DNA of 64,000 nucleotides from the NCBI RefSeq assembly GCF_009914755.1, contig NC_060944.1; one strand, 5' to 3'. Both the position numbers and the translations under genes were made by a program. Shown in pieces: positions 26,331 to 40,181 of the stretch (positions within the stretch are counted from its first letter, which is position 1; each line of letters opens with the position of its first letter). Under the pieces are notes generated by a model. The model had not been told where the DNA came from, ran no database searches, and saw nothing but the letters and a program-made list of their open reading frames with translations. This DNA is from the human T2T-CHM13v2.0 reference genome, Homo sapiens.

Positions 26331-29317
26331 TATTATAGCACTGGTGGAAGCCGAGCAGAAGACAGAGGGTAAAGTTGCTGGTTGATGCCGCTCACACATG
26401 CCAACCTTCTGGTGGAAAGCCGAATGCAGAGAGGAGGAGAGCCACACATTGGTTCAGGAAACCCCCAAATTTAGGGCTCCTGCTCTGAGACCTCCACAAG
26501 TTTATGACGTTTTTAAACTTTCAGGCCCTTGTGGTTGCCTCTTCTCCCTCTGTCAAAACGGAGCCCTTTTGAGGATCTCTTCCATCTTGGTGGGGATGTA
26601 GGGAGCCCCTTGCTCTTTCTGGAAGAGTTTGCATTTTAGCTTTACCACTTAAAGTGTTACTGCCTGAAGTCTGGCTCATTCCTTTGTGGCCACAAAGTTG
26701 GACCCTTGGGAGCAGAGAGTGTTATTTGATTTGACATCATCTTGACTCTTGAAAACCACACACACCTGGGGTTGCTGGTCACAGAGACATTTTGGGGAAG
26801 ACTGATTTGCAGCAATTCTCAGCTAATTTTCATAAAATAAGCAAAGGAGAAAGAACGTGGCTTCAGGGTCAGAAAATACTGGGTTTAAGTCAAGGCTTTG
26901 CTTTGAGAGGTTCTAAAGGGTATGACTTTGGGGAAGTTGCAAACTCTTGGGGAGATTCAACTTTCCTCTTCTGTAAGCTAGGAACCAGAGTGACTATCCC
27001 TCAGGGCTTTGAGGAAGTTAAATATGTTGTGCAGGTTGTAACACAATGAGGTTCCAGGGAGTGGTAATAATGCACCAAGAGGATTTGGTCCCACACGCTG
27101 CCTGTGATCCACCAGGCCCCCAGTAATCTCTGCATCACCCCCTGCCCCATCACCAATCCACAGAGTCAATAGTCATGTATTTTGCTAGGGGGTCTCAAGT
27201 TCTGAGCCTCAAAGAGGAAGTTGAGCATTACAAAAATAGAGGTGTTATATGGATAAAGCTGTAGCTTTCTACCTGTAAAACCCACCACATCAATCTGTGA
27301 AGATGCGGTTCATTATTCTCAGGATGATGCAATTAGTCTTAATGACCTGGCAGGCGCTTGTGAGCAATGATTCTTAATAAAGCTTTCAGGGCTAGGGTGA
27401 AAACCACCCACTGCTTGTGTCTATTCATCTCACTCCCAAGCTTGGCCATGCATACTCAGTTTGAATATGTGCTTCCTAAATCCATTTTAAGGGGAATTGT
27501 TTAGTGATTTACTATCATAGGCATCCTGGCTTATAGCTAAGAGATGGGCTTGCCTCTTTCAGCAAGAAAAACAGGCCAAGATGAAGATCAAAGGCAAAGA
27601 ACTGGTGTTCCTCAGGAATAAAGACTGGTGGCTTGAACTGAGCCATCTTTGTGCATCACCCACTGAGTTTAATAATGTACCAAGAGGACTGGTTTTGTGT
27701 CCTATCCAAGGGGTACACGACTGCAAACTGGCTTGTTCATGAACCTCTTTCCAGCTGGCACAGCCTCATGGAGAGCTGTTTATCTGAATATTTATAATAC
27801 TTATAGTAGATTAATAATTGTTATATTCCTGTTCAACAGCCATCCTTGACTTTCTTCCTTGCTAGCCGAAGGATACCTCCTACTCTGAAACAGACTGGAT
27901 TCTAGCTTTCCCAGACATGCTTTCAGCTAAGACATGAGCACGTGACCAATCTTGACCAAAAAAACTAGAGGGGAAGTCAGTTAAGGGCTCATGGAAAGGG
28001 TTTTCTTCTATATTAAAAGAGTAACACAGTGGAGGAACATACTGTATCTGTGTTTGGACAGCATATATGAGAATGCAATGTCAGAAATCTAGTGACCAAG
28101 AGAGCAAAGCTGAGAGAATCACAGAGAAACCACATCAGTTTAGTTAGTGAACTAATGGGCCCTGAAGCTGCCCACCTCTGAACTTTCTATTTTATGAGAT
28201 AATCAGTGCCCTTTATTGCAGGTACTTTCAGGTGATGGTTGCAGACACAGTTGTTTACCTATGCAAACATATTCCTCCATATTCCTTGCTAAAGGAATCC
28301 TAATTCAATTAATCTGGGGGGAGATCCTCTACCCTTGAGGGAGATGGGCTCAGCCTTTATGCTACTGGCAGGGCCTGGGGGGGCGCATATAAACCATCCT
28401 GGACGCAGGGATGTAAAGGGAAGCCTTCTGGAGGACCCTGGGGAAGACTCTTCTGCCCTAATAAGAGATAACTCTGTGAGCATAAAGGTTCTGCCTGACT
28501 CTTCCCCTTTGAAAACAGCATATGAGGACAAGTTGCTGAGGACGTGGCTGCTTTCTTAGGATCAGAAGAAGATGAAAAGAAAACTATAGAGGAGGCATCT
28601 TTCTTTGAGCTGATCCCTGAAACAATTGCATGTAGGATTTTAAATAAAAGCCATTTAGTAATATTTAATTTTTAGCCATGGGTGGACATTTTCCTGCTGA
28701 AGGGATTTTGAAGTGTTCAAGCTTAGACCCAAGGCCCTGGCAGGGGTTGGCAGAGGTAGATTTTAAGAGTGATGCCGATTTGTTTTCCAGTCTAAAAAAA
28801 GGGGGGCTGCCTATCATATCTTTACAGAGCAAGCGGGAATTGGACTGGACCAAAATATGCAGTCAAGTGAGAGAAGTGGCCCTTTGATTAGGGGCTTTTT
28901 AAGGCTCCGAATCCCCAGGCAGCCTGGGACTGTGATCTGGCCATGAGATGTGGGACAGGGAAGGGGAGATGCCCCAGATGGGAAAATCTAGGGCTGTGGA
29001 CCTTGCCCTCCTGAAGTGACCAAGCCACGAAGACAGGGGCTTCAGCACAGCCGAGGCTGGGGTCTGGACACCTAGTGACCTGGGGCTGCATCGTGAGTGG
29101 TGGGAGAGGGGAGGCAGCTGTTGCCCCCACAAAAGGCTGGATACGGCTACTTTTGGAAAGCAGAAGGGGAAAAATAGAGGTACATTTCAGTAATTTGCTG
29201 GTGAAGGAAGTCAGTGACTGTTTTATCACCCAGGTCCACAGCCCTGTATTGTACCACCAGGATGATGTGGCTTGGGAAAATGATAGATGCTCATGTTTAC
29301 CCCCATCTCACCAGATA

Positions 29318-29362
29318 TTAGGTTGGTGCAAAAGCTATTGCGGTTTTTGTAATAGTTTTTAA
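29318..29362 (+). mobile_element. MADE1/Hsmar1 TIR fragment
   Basis: TA + TTAGGTTGGTGCAAAAGCTATTGCGGTTTTTG matches the Hsmar1 inverted repeat. The second TIR is missing. Confidence 0.75.
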
Positions 29363-31629
29363 GCACCTTGAAAGCACCGATGGTTTGTTACATTCCTCTG
29401 ATGTTCCTGTGCAAGCATCAAATAGTTGATATTTAAATTTAATTCAATAAATATATGTTGAGACCATGCTGTGCCCCAGGCACCATGCCAGACACTGGGA
29501 TACAGCAATGGATGTTTGCCTAAAGGAGGCTTGTGTGACTTGATGTAAGCTACCCCATAACCCTTGGGGCTGTACCCAAGGGGGGCTTCTATGCTGATCT
29601 TTGTCAACCACTAGAGGGCAGAAGAAGGGGCCCTTTTCCTGAGCCTGTAACATCCCCAGAGGGATGGCACCGGGAGTGTGAGACCAGGCTCTAGAGAGCT
29701 GAGACCTAAAAGGGAGGCAGGGATGGGAAGAGGGCTCCTTGTGATTATTTCTGAGTGGTGTTCTTGGGGGTGGTTTTTTTTTTCTCTTCCCAAGGCATTC
29801 TGCAAATTGGAAAATCACTCAGTCATGCTAATTGTGACAGCGTGAGACCTCTGTCAAATTACTGTGGTGCCTGTGCTCTGGGGAACATTGCCTTTTGAGC
29901 TGTAAAATGTCTTCTTTTACAGTAATGAACATCTTTTAGCAGCATAAGAATGCACCAGGGGGTTCCCAAGAAAATGGAATAGGTGGTTTCTCATGGGTAG
30001 GTTGCCCTACCCTCAACTTGATCTAATTATAAAATGATTGGATTTTCCTTAGATAATGGAGATGATGAGGAAAATCTACTTCATATTATGAGCCAGAGCT
30101 TCAGACTGTGGCAGTTTGTTCGTCCTTGGGCAATTGTGGTTGAGTAGCTAATTGAACAGCTTTGGGCATTGAGAAATAGCCATACGCCTTTATCTCCTTC
30201 TCAATTTTCTCATCCTTTTATGTTTATTAACCTCTAAGCATGGTTGTTCCATCATGAATAAGAAAATTCTGAATCTTTGTTTTCCTTCTCCAGAAGGGAT
30301 TTCTATCTGCAGTGGAGTGAGCCCAAGTTTACCACCAGGGACTAACTGGCAGAGATTCCTGGAGCACCTGCATGATGTGGGGGGCTTGTTGGTATTTGAG
30401 TCAGGAGGAAGTGGAGATCTGAGGCTTCTCAGAGTGAGCTTCAAAGAGTCAGAGAAAAGGTTAAAAGTCCTGTAGTCTTATTTATGTGAGACCTCACAAC
30501 TAAGGTGACCCTTTAAACTTCCCATGGAATTACTGGCATGAACAACTTGCTACATTACTTTGGAATTATATCCTAGATATTTTAGAAAAATGTCCAAGCA
30601 ATGCATGACATTGAAAACTGCTTATTTCCAACCATTCGTTGCTCAGTCACCAAGTGCTGGCCATTGCCTAGATCCTGGGAGAAGCGGAATGTTTGTTGGT
30701 TAAGAGCGTGGAGTTAGACTACTTGGTTGTGGTCTGTGTAGGGTGCAGGGCAATGGGAATATTTGAGAAAAACCTTAAGTTTATTTCTACAGTCAGAAAT
30801 GTGTTCCTCCATTGGAAATCACTTCATATTTTTAGAGGAAGTGAGAGAGATGTGGAAAGTGTAGATAGAAAATTTTAGTATGATTGATTGCTAAAAAAAA
30901 TTCCCCCGGAAAGCTATTTCAAGTAGAAAATGGTGTTATATGGTCAGGTTGGGGCAAGAAAAAAATGAAATACACCAAGATTCTGAAGAGAGCAGAACAT
31001 GAAAGATGAGCCATGATTCTTTGTAGCAATATCACGTGCTGGAAGCGTCCTGTTGTGGTCACTTTGTCCTTTGTGTTAACTCCACATCCCCCTGCACTTC
31101 CTGTCCCCTCCCACAGTTGCCCAACTCGGAAGCCCTCAGACAGGTCTCCGTGTCTGTCAGCAGCTCTGCCCTCAGGGCTGAGTGGCACCTTGCAGCACTG
31201 GCTGGATCCTGAGCAGTTCCTTCCTGTCAGCTGTTGGCAAATGCTGCCTTTTGAGCAGGACTCACCTTCCTGCAGCGTGGGAACTGGGGGTGGTGTCACC
31301 AACTGTTGGACTGTGACAACTGGCATGGCTAAGAGTATAGAAAGTATCTCCTACCCTGTCCTGCTCTGCCCTTCAAGCCTGGGCACTTCTTCCATTCTCC
31401 ATTGTCCAAGGTCAAAGGAAGGGCTGGTTGACTCTCAGCAGTGGGATTCCCTGCCTGCCTGGGTACCCTCCCCAGCCCAGCTTCCTTCTAGGAGGTTGGA
31501 AACAGGCCCCGGCGAGCCTGGTGCCATGTCTTCATGGGAGTTGCTTACGTGGTACACCAAGCCCAGGTATAAGAGAGGGACCAGAAATGTCAACTGTTTT
31601 CTCGGTCCAGGATTTCTCCTTTGCAATGC

Positions 31630-32010
31630 CTGGAAGGATTTTTTTATTTTATTCTTTACTCTTTCTATTGAGACGTAACATGCATAAAATGCCTAAAATG
31701 CACTTAGGAGTGTACGGTCCTTCTACACCTGTATAAATAGCACCCAGATCAAGATTTGGAATCCTACTAGTATTCCAGAAGGTTCCTTATTTTCCTCTTT
31801 CAGTCAATAACTCCGCAGGCAACTACCATTCTGACCTCTATTTTCATCAGTTAGTTTTTCCTGTTTTTGTCATCGTATGAATGGATTCATGCCATATATA
31901 CCCTTTTGTGTCTGGCTTCTGTGCTACTATGAACACTCTTGTACATCCTTTTGTATAGCATGGACTCTTTCTCTTGGGTGCATGCTAAGAGTAGAATCAC
32001 TGGGCTATAG
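31630..32010 (-). mobile_element. Old L1M 3' fragments
   Basis: CACCCAGATCAAGA, ACCATTCTGACCTCTA...TTAGTTTTTCCTG and CTTTTGTGTCTGGCTTCT are typical antisense L1ME motifs. Confidence 0.65.
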
Positions 32011-32384
32011 GTCCGAATGATGTATTTTGATTATGTTAACTTAAGCATGTGCGAGTTGGCACAACAAATAACACAGCTATAAATAAAAGTAGCTATGAAT
32101 AAATTATAAGTGAGTGCCCCAGCTTTCAATCAACCACACTACCAAATGGAAGCATATTCATGTCATGTCAGGGAAAGTTGATGGCTACTGATTGCCTGGC
32201 TTTGAATCTTTGCTCTGCCACTTCCCTGCTCTGCCACTGGGAAAGGCCACATCAGCCCACTATGCCTGAGTTTCCTCATCTGTAAAATGCTGATACTATG
32301 GCAGTACCTATTTCCTAGCAGCAGGAGTGCCTATTTGACACCCAGAGATTATTTCAACACGTCCTCCTCTATAGAACAAAATGA

Positions 32385-32742
<358 letters not shown>

Positions 32743-34186
32743 AAAAAGAATTAAAATGCAATTTTAATAGTATTATTCAAGTTTGGTGAAACACTTTATG
32801 TATGAATTAAAATTTTCACTTATTAAGCAAAATCAGTATGCCTTGTCCTTTGCATTCAGTTTTGCTGTTTTAAATCTTAAACACAAAAGCTCCAAGTGGT
32901 CACATGGGATTGGAGTGACTCAAATTTTGTCTTGGTCTTCACAATCACTGTGCTATCCATATATATTTAAAATCTTTTGTTTATGTGCAGGCATTGGAGA
33001 CACACACTGAGCTCCAAGGCCCAAGCACGAGGAAGGATTCTGAATAATTATGACCTTACTCCTGGAGTGAACCTGTCTTGCTGATTCTGCATGTGTCCGA
33101 GGCCAACTCTGTTATTGGGAATTCTCCAAATTAACTTCCATGTAGAATATAATGTTTATTAATGGGAAAGTAAAGAAAACATACCAATTTAAAGCTTACT
33201 TGTGTATAAAATGAAGTGGTAACTACAGTAATTATTTTTAACATAGTCCAACGTTTGGTAAGGAGTATTTTATCACTGATGTTGTTTGAAATTTCTGGTT
33301 CCTGGTAATAATTTAAGAAGGAGATGAACTTCTCATTGGTTTTCTTACTGACAAGGCATCTGTTGACTTTCTGCACTCCAGGTGGAGTGTTCCACTTCCC
33401 TCTTCCTGCCACTCTGCTGCTCCCTCAGGCTGCTCTGTAGTTATTCACAAATACTTGCTAAGCGCAACCATGCATAGGGCAACACTTCCGACAATAAGGC
33501 TGGGGAGGGGAAGTGAACAAAGCAGATTCCTTGACCTCTTGGAGCTTATGTTCTAAGGAGGGGAGAAGAGAAAATAAACACCTAATTGTGTCCTATGTCA
33601 GGGAGCAACAGGTGCTCTGGAGACTAATAATACAGGTTAGGGAGGACAGAGAGGTGGAGAGGACAGTGTCATATGGATGGTCAGGAAAGGCCTCCCTGAA
33701 AAAGTGACCTGTGAGCAGAGACCTGGAGGAAGTGGAGGAGTGAGCCAAGCAGACCTCCAGGTAAACAGAGGCCCAGGCTGAGGGGGCAGGGAGGGCCGAG
33801 GCCCTGAGGAGAGGCTGGTGTGTCTGGACCAGGGTGAAAGCAGAGAGGAGGAGAGGGAGTCAGGAACAGAGATGGGTCAGGAGGACAGGGCCTTGCTGGC
33901 ACAGTGGGGTTGCTGAATGCTACTCTAAGGATGATGCAGACTCATTGGGGGCTCCTATTTGAGCAGAGGAAGGACAAGCTCTGAAATGTCTTAGTGGAAT
34001 CACTCTGACTGCAGAATCAAAGATAGATTTATGGTAGGATGGGGAGCAGGCAAGGGCAGCTATGGGAGAGCGTTCTTGGCAACAAGTCAGCAACCCAAGT
34101 GAGAGATGGAGATGGCTTGGACCAGGCACTAATCAGGAAGGTGGGAGAAGTGGTAAGATTCAGGGAGAGTCAGCTGGGCTGCTGGA

Positions 34187-34191
<5 letters not shown>

Positions 34192-34243
<52 letters not shown>
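34192..34243. repeat. Compound (TG)n(GA)n microsatellite
   Basis: About 16 TG units run directly into about 10 GA units. Confidence 0.95.
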
Positions 34244-34555
34244 CAAGAGAGCAGAGAGAGACAGCAGAGAAAGACAGGGACAGAGAGACAGAATAAATGG
34301 TTAAGGATGACCGCCATAAGGCTTTGGGTTGGTATCTGGGGAATGCTGGAGAGGAGCAGGTTTAGAAAGAAATCACAAGCTCAGTTTGACGCACCTGATT
34401 TGAAGTGCCTATTGGCATCCCAGCCGGGAGAGATCTGGGTTGAAGGTAAGAATTCAGCAGTTGTCAGTGTGTACATTGTATTTAAAGCCCTGAGACCAGC
34501 TGAGGTCATCTTGGAAGTGATGAGAAGAATGAGGAGCCTGGGGTTTGATGAAGTG

Positions 34556-34912
34556 TGTAATGGACTGAGTGTTTGTGTACAGCACAATTCCTATGTTGAA
34601 ATCCTAACCCCTGATGGGGTGGCATTAGGAGGTAAGGCTCTTGGGAGGTGATTAGGTCATGAGAGTGGGGCCCTCATGAATGGGGTGAGTACCCTTAGAA
34701 AAGAGACCCAAGAGAGCTCTCTAGCTCTTTCTGCCATGTGAGGATACACAAAACCAGGAGTCTCAGCCTGCAAGAGGACCCGCACCAGAGCCCAGCCAAC
34801 CTGGCACCTGGGCCTCGGACTGCCAGACTCCAGAACTGTGAGAAATACATTTCTGCTGTTTGGGTCCCCACTCTATGGCACTTTGTTAAAGCAGCCTAAG
34901 ATGACTAAGACA
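34556..34912 (+). mobile_element. MLT1A0-type MaLR solo LTR
   Basis: TGTAATGGACTGAGTGTTTGTG...GACTAAGACA. TSD AAGTG/AAGAG. Confidence 0.88.
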
Positions 34913-36400
34913 AAGAGACTACCCAGTAGAGAATTAGGAAGGTGGGGAGAAACCAGTCAATGCAGGCAACTTAGAAGGAGCAGCCAGGAGAGCGTGCTGT
35001 CCCGGAAGCCAGGAGGAAAGTACCTCATGGGGAGGAAGGTGCAATCTCTGTGCTGTATGCTCTAATGGGCTGGGAAGGATAGAGTGGGGAACTGGCCAAG
35101 GGACTTCTGTAGATGAAAGGTGTTAATGTGCCTAGAACAGGGCCTGGCCCCATGAACACTCAATGCAATAATCACTGCCATCACCCTTATTGATTAATTC
35201 ATTTTATTGTTCTTAATATTAATGTTATAACAATTAATATAAAAATATTACTTATTATTTACATGCCTTGGGATATCAGAGGGCTGCTGGCTCTCAGGCA
35301 GCTGATTAAAAATCTTTCTACATTTTAAGCAGGAGAGAAGAATTTTGATTTTTTTCTTTGTGGTGATTATTTCCAGTTTCATGTTGCACCCTCTCACTAG
35401 CCCACTCCACTCCAAGTGCAGCTGCTGGTGTTGAAAGAACTTGTTTTCTGCCTTTCTAGGATGTTGTTGTTTAACCCATTTATGTCCTGTTATGTAAAGG
35501 CATCGTGTGAGCATATTCTCACGCTCTTTTAGTTTTGTAACGAAGGCAGTGATGACGCACTCACCTTGGTAAACTGCCAAGTGCACTTATATTTTTGCTT
35601 TTTTTCCTCAGCCACATCCTCTCAGCTCTGATTTTTCCCGCTAGATGAATAAGTTCATTTATTTGAGGATATTGACTAAGCTGGGAAATAATGGGGAGGA
35701 GAAAGTTTAGCCCTGTATGTAACCCAGGTGTCAATGACACGTATCACGCAAATACTCCAGGTGCAATGCCCCTCTGAGGGTCTAAGTCCCTTGTTTACAT
35801 TGGTGGAAGTTGCTCCTGATGCCTCACACCTACAGGTACAGAGAATGGACGGCCGATGGCCCCTTATTTCTACCTGTCTGGAGCAGTAGGCAGAACCATG
35901 GCATGAGGGTGTGACCCAACATTGCTGCTGTTTTCTTTTGAATACTACACACTTCCCTGCTTGGCTCTGTCTATTCTCTCCAGCCAGCATTCTAGCTGCC
36001 ACCTGTGCCTGGCAGCATCTCCATTAGTGCACTCTGAGGACAAAGAAGACAGATATAGCTCATATTCACCTGGAGTCCTGGGACAGCCTGGAGGAAGATG
36101 TGACACCTGGGCTCTTGAATATAGCCCTCAGAGATGAACCATAGGCTGCGTGGCTAATTAAAAGTTGGCTGTGATAGAACTTAGTTATTTGAGACAGAGG
36201 GACAGAAACATTGACTGGTTTGAACCCAGTGTTGCAACAAAGAGAAGCTCTGTGTTGTTTATCTGCTCACATGTGCCTCCTGCACATAAAATGAACCTTT
36301 GAAATGCCTGGACCTCTCACTAAATGCCGCTTAATATCCAAATACCTGCTAGACATCCCAACTTGGATGTTAAATAATCATCTCAAAGCAGAGACATCTT

Positions 36401-36758
36401 TGTCTCATTATGTTCAGGCTTCTGTAAAAAAATACCATAGCCTGGGTGGCTTATAAGCAACAGAAATTTATTTCTCACAGTTCTGGAGGCTGGGAAGTTG
36501 AAGATCAAGGTGCTGGTAAATTTGGTGTCTGGTGAGGGGCCCCTTCCTTGTTCATAGCTGGTGCCTTCTTGCCGTATCTTTACATGGCTGAGGGAGCTCT
36601 CCAGGGCCTCTTTTATGAGGGCACTGATCTCATTCATGAGAGCTCCGACCTCATAGCCCAATCACCTCTGAAAGGCCTCACCTCCAAATACTATCACATG
36701 GGGGATTATGTTTCAACATATAAATTTTGAAGGGAATGTAAATATTTAGTCAATAACA
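36401..36758 (-). mobile_element. MLT1A/MST-type MaLR solo LTR
   Basis: TGTCTCATTATGTTCAGGCT...CAACAGAAATTTATTTCTCACAGTTCTGGAGGCTGGGAAG...GTTTCAACATATAAATTTTG. Confidence 0.85.
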
Positions 36759-37534
36759 ATGTCTGAAACCAAACTTGTGATCTCCCCTACCCCCAAAACT
36801 CTCTTTCTGCAGGAATCCCTGGCTCAGTAAATGGCAATGTCATCTTTTCATTAGCAAATACACCAAACCTTGGAGTCAAATTTTGACTCCTTTATCATTT
36901 TTCTATCCCACAAAATAAATCCATAATCCAGTCATTTCTCAAGACCCCCTCTTACTCCTGGGTCTGGGCTGCCTTTCTCTCTCATCTGGAACTTTTGGTG
37001 GAATGATGACTGCTCTTCTAGCTTCCACCCTTGTGACTATCCCCCACCGCCCACCACAGTCTATTCTTAGAATCAGGAGTTAGTCCTCCCAATATAACAG
37101 GTCATACTCATTCCCTGCTCAGAACTCTCTGGTAACTCCCATCTCACTCAGACAGCATCAAAAGTCCTCAGCCTGGCCTCAAGGCCCTGCACCATCTGAC
37201 CCCCTTACTCCCTACCCTTGTTCTCTTCCCCTTTCCCCTCTGGCTGCCCTCGCCTCTTTAGTATTCCTGGAGAATGTCAAGCACATCCAGCCTTGGGACC
37301 TCTGCTCCTGCCACTCCTTTCTGGGGGAGTTCCTCCCCAGTATTCCCATGGCTCACTCCCTCTCTTCCAGTGCCATCTTCTCAGTAAGGACTTCCCTTAC
37401 TACCCAGTGTAAAATCCAGCCTCCCACCCCCCTTCTCCTCACCACCTGCACTCCTTTCATCTCCCTGCTTTATTTTCCTCTGTGGGACTTACACTCATCT
37501 GACATTCTGTAGCATAGAGCAAAATGATTAACAG

Positions 37535-40181
37535 CAGGGGTCCCCAACTGCCAGGCCACGGACCAGTTCCAGTTGTGGCCTGTTAGGAAACAGGGTGCAC
37601 AGCAGGAGGTGAGAGGTGGGCAAGCAAGCAAACCTTCATCTGTATTTATGCCACTCCCCATTGCTTGCATTACCACCTGAACTCCACCTCCTGCCAGATC
37701 AGCAGCAGCATTAGATTCTCATAGGAACACAAACCCTATTGTGAACTGCACATGTGATGAATCTAGGTTGTGTTCTCCTTATGAGAATCTAATGCCTGAT
37801 GATCTGAGATGGAGCTGAGGCAGTGATGCTAGAGCCAGGTGTGGCTGCAAATACAGATAAACATTAGCAGGGAGGTTTGGCTGCACAGAGTCCATAATAA
37901 ATCAATTGCTTGCAGATTCATATCAAAACCCTATCAATGAGTGACAAGTGACAATTAAGCTGCATCTGGTGGCAGGCTTTATAGTGGCAGGTGAGTTGAT
38001 ATACTTCAAATGTACAGTTGCATCTAGTGGCAGGCTTTAAGTCAGAATTCGATGTTAATTTTAGTCTGCATGTGGTCCGCCCATTATTTTACTTACCACT
38101 TCCATCTGCGCCTCTTTCCTGCACTGTGCACTTGTCTCAGTCATAGTTTTGGCAAGCTCAAAGCAAACTCTAGCCGAAATGAGTAAAATACAGACATCAT
38201 TGGAGAGCTTCTTCGTAGAGGGGGAAATACCCAGTGATGAGACAGCAGAAGACTCTAAGACTGCCAACAAAAAGAAAGCTGCATTTGAAAGAAAATACCA
38301 AATCTTACTTAAATTATAGGCTCAAGGCAACAGATGATCACATTCTCCAAGCTCACTTTGTATAATATGTGGTGACCAGCTATCCAACGAAGCCATGAAA
38401 CCTTCAAAACTGCTTCACCACATGGAGACTACGAACCCTGCATTAAAAGACAAGCCTTTGGAGTTAAAAAAATTCGAACATGAAGAACAGAAGCAATTAT
38501 TGAAGGCCACCACTTCATCAACTGTGTCTGCACTGAGACCATCATTCTTAGTGGCCAACCACATTGCTAAAGCTAAGAAGCCCTTTACTATTGGTGAAGA
38601 GTTGATCCTGCCTGCTGCTAAGGACATGTGTTGTGAACTTTTAGGAGAGGCTGCAGTTCAAAAAGTGGCACGCGTTCCTCTTTCAGCTAGCACCATAACT
38701 AGAAGAATTGATGAAGATATTGAGGCACAATTGTTAGAGAAGATTAATGAGTCACCATGGTATGCAATCCAGGTTGATGAGTCTACCGATGTTGACAACA
38801 AGGCAACAATGCTTGCTTTTGTGCAATATATTTTTCAGGAGGTTGTGCATGAGGATATGTTATGTGCACTTTTCTTGCCAACCAACACCACAGCTGCAGA
38901 ACTTTTGAAGTCTTTGAATGATTACATGTGAGGAAAACTGAATTGGTCATTTTGTGTTGGTTTATGCACAAACAGAGCAGCTCCCATGACTGGATGGCTT
39001 TCTGGTTTCACTACTCGAGTCAAAGAGATCGCTTCTGAATGTGAGTTTATGCACTGTGTCATCCATAGAGAAATGCTCGCTAGCCAAAAAATATCACCCG
39101 AACTTTATAAAGTTTTGCAGGATGTGATTAAAATTATCAGCCACATTAAAATACATGCCCTTAACTCACATCTACTCACACAGCTCTGTGAGGAGATGGA
39201 CGCAGAGCACATACATATTCTTTTGTACCTAGAAGTGAGATGGCTTTTTAAAGGTAGATCACCACCCAGAGTTTTCGAGTTACGGGAGCTGCTCCAGAGA
39301 TTTCTTTTACAAAAACGGTCACCACTGGCAGCACATTTCACTGACACAGAATGGGTCACAAAACTTGCTTAGTGGTGTGAAGTATTCAACCTGCTCAATG
39401 AACTCAATCTGTCACTTCAGGGGAGAATGACAGCTGTGTTCCAGTCAGCAGATAAAGTGGTTGCCTTCAAAGCCAAACTGGAATTATGGGGGTGATGAAT
39501 GAACCTTGTGATTTCTGACATGTTTCAAACATTAGCAGAGATTTTGAAAGAGAGTAAGCCAGGGCTTCTTTCTCCCAGCTGATGCATGATCACCTATCTC
39601 AGCTTTCAAAAGAGCTAGAGCATTAGTACCCAACCGCAAAGGACCCCAAACTGGGAAGGAATGGATCCGTGACCCATTTGTGAATAAGCCAGGGGAATTG
39701 ACTTTGTCCGTGACGGAAGAGGGTGAACTGCTTGTGATTGCAAATGATGGTGGCCTTAAAAGTATGTTTGAGAAAACTTCAAATCTCCATACGTTCTTGA
39801 TTAAAGTCAAGGCAAAATATCCCGAGATGGCCACAAAAGCACTGAAAACCTTGCTTCCATTTCCAACATCCTATCTTTGGGAATCAGGATTTTCTTCAGT
39901 GAATGCAGACACTTTGGGGGTCACTGTCTCCATCACCCCCAGATGGGACTGTCTAGTTGCAGGAAAACAAGCTCAGGGCTCCCGCTGATTTTACATTATG
40001 GTGAGTTGTATAATTACTTCATTATATATTACAATGTAATAATAATAGAAATAAAGTGCACAATAAATGTAATGCACTTGAATCATCCCGAAACCTGAAA
40101 TCATCCCCTACCCCACTAGTCCATGGAGAAATTGTCTTCCTCAAAACCGGTCCCTGGTGCCCAAAATGTTGGGGACCACTG
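37535..40181 (+). mobile_element. Near-full-length Charlie3 (hAT) DNA transposon, inserted in a MIR
   Basis: TIRs CAGGGGTCCCCAAC / GTTGGGGACCACTG, perfect 8-bp TSD ATTAACAG (37527-37534 / 40182-40189), MER1-type ends, internal transposase, 2647 bp. Confidence 0.93.
38179..39988 (+). pseudogene. Charlie/Buster-family hAT transposase pseudogene
   Basis: MSKIQTSLESFF start, AMKPSKLLHH (BED finger end), KPFTIGEELILPA, QVDESTD (first catalytic D), HCVIHRE (CxxH), EVRWL and PFPTSYLWESGFS (catalytic E). In-frame stops at 38929 and 39370 plus later frameshifts. Confidence 0.92.

Larger units (their letters stand above)
33440..35110 (-). mobile_element. L2 LINE 3' region, interrupted by a microsatellite and an MLT1A
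   Basis: ATTCACAAATACTTGCTAAGCG (antisense L2 tail), GGTCAGGAAAGGCCTCCCTGA, AATCACTCTGACTGC and GATGGCTTGGACCAGG. Confidence 0.75.

Noticed and set aside
27324-27333. Perfect ATF4-C/EBP amino-acid response element ATGATGCAAT
   Set aside because: A 9-mer is expected about 0.5 times by chance in 64 kb on both strands, and there is no supporting context.
31013-31678. 221-aa ORF
   Set aside because: No recognisable domain, composition typical of random non-coding ORFs, and it ends in an L1M fragment.
34193-34651. ORFs with VCVC/ERER runs (also 51881-52162)
   Set aside because: These are translations of microsatellites.
38395-39372. Domesticated Buster/ZBED gene
   Set aside because: TIRs and TSD retained, in-frame stops, frameshifts and a lost catalytic Asp show an ordinary dead transposon copy.
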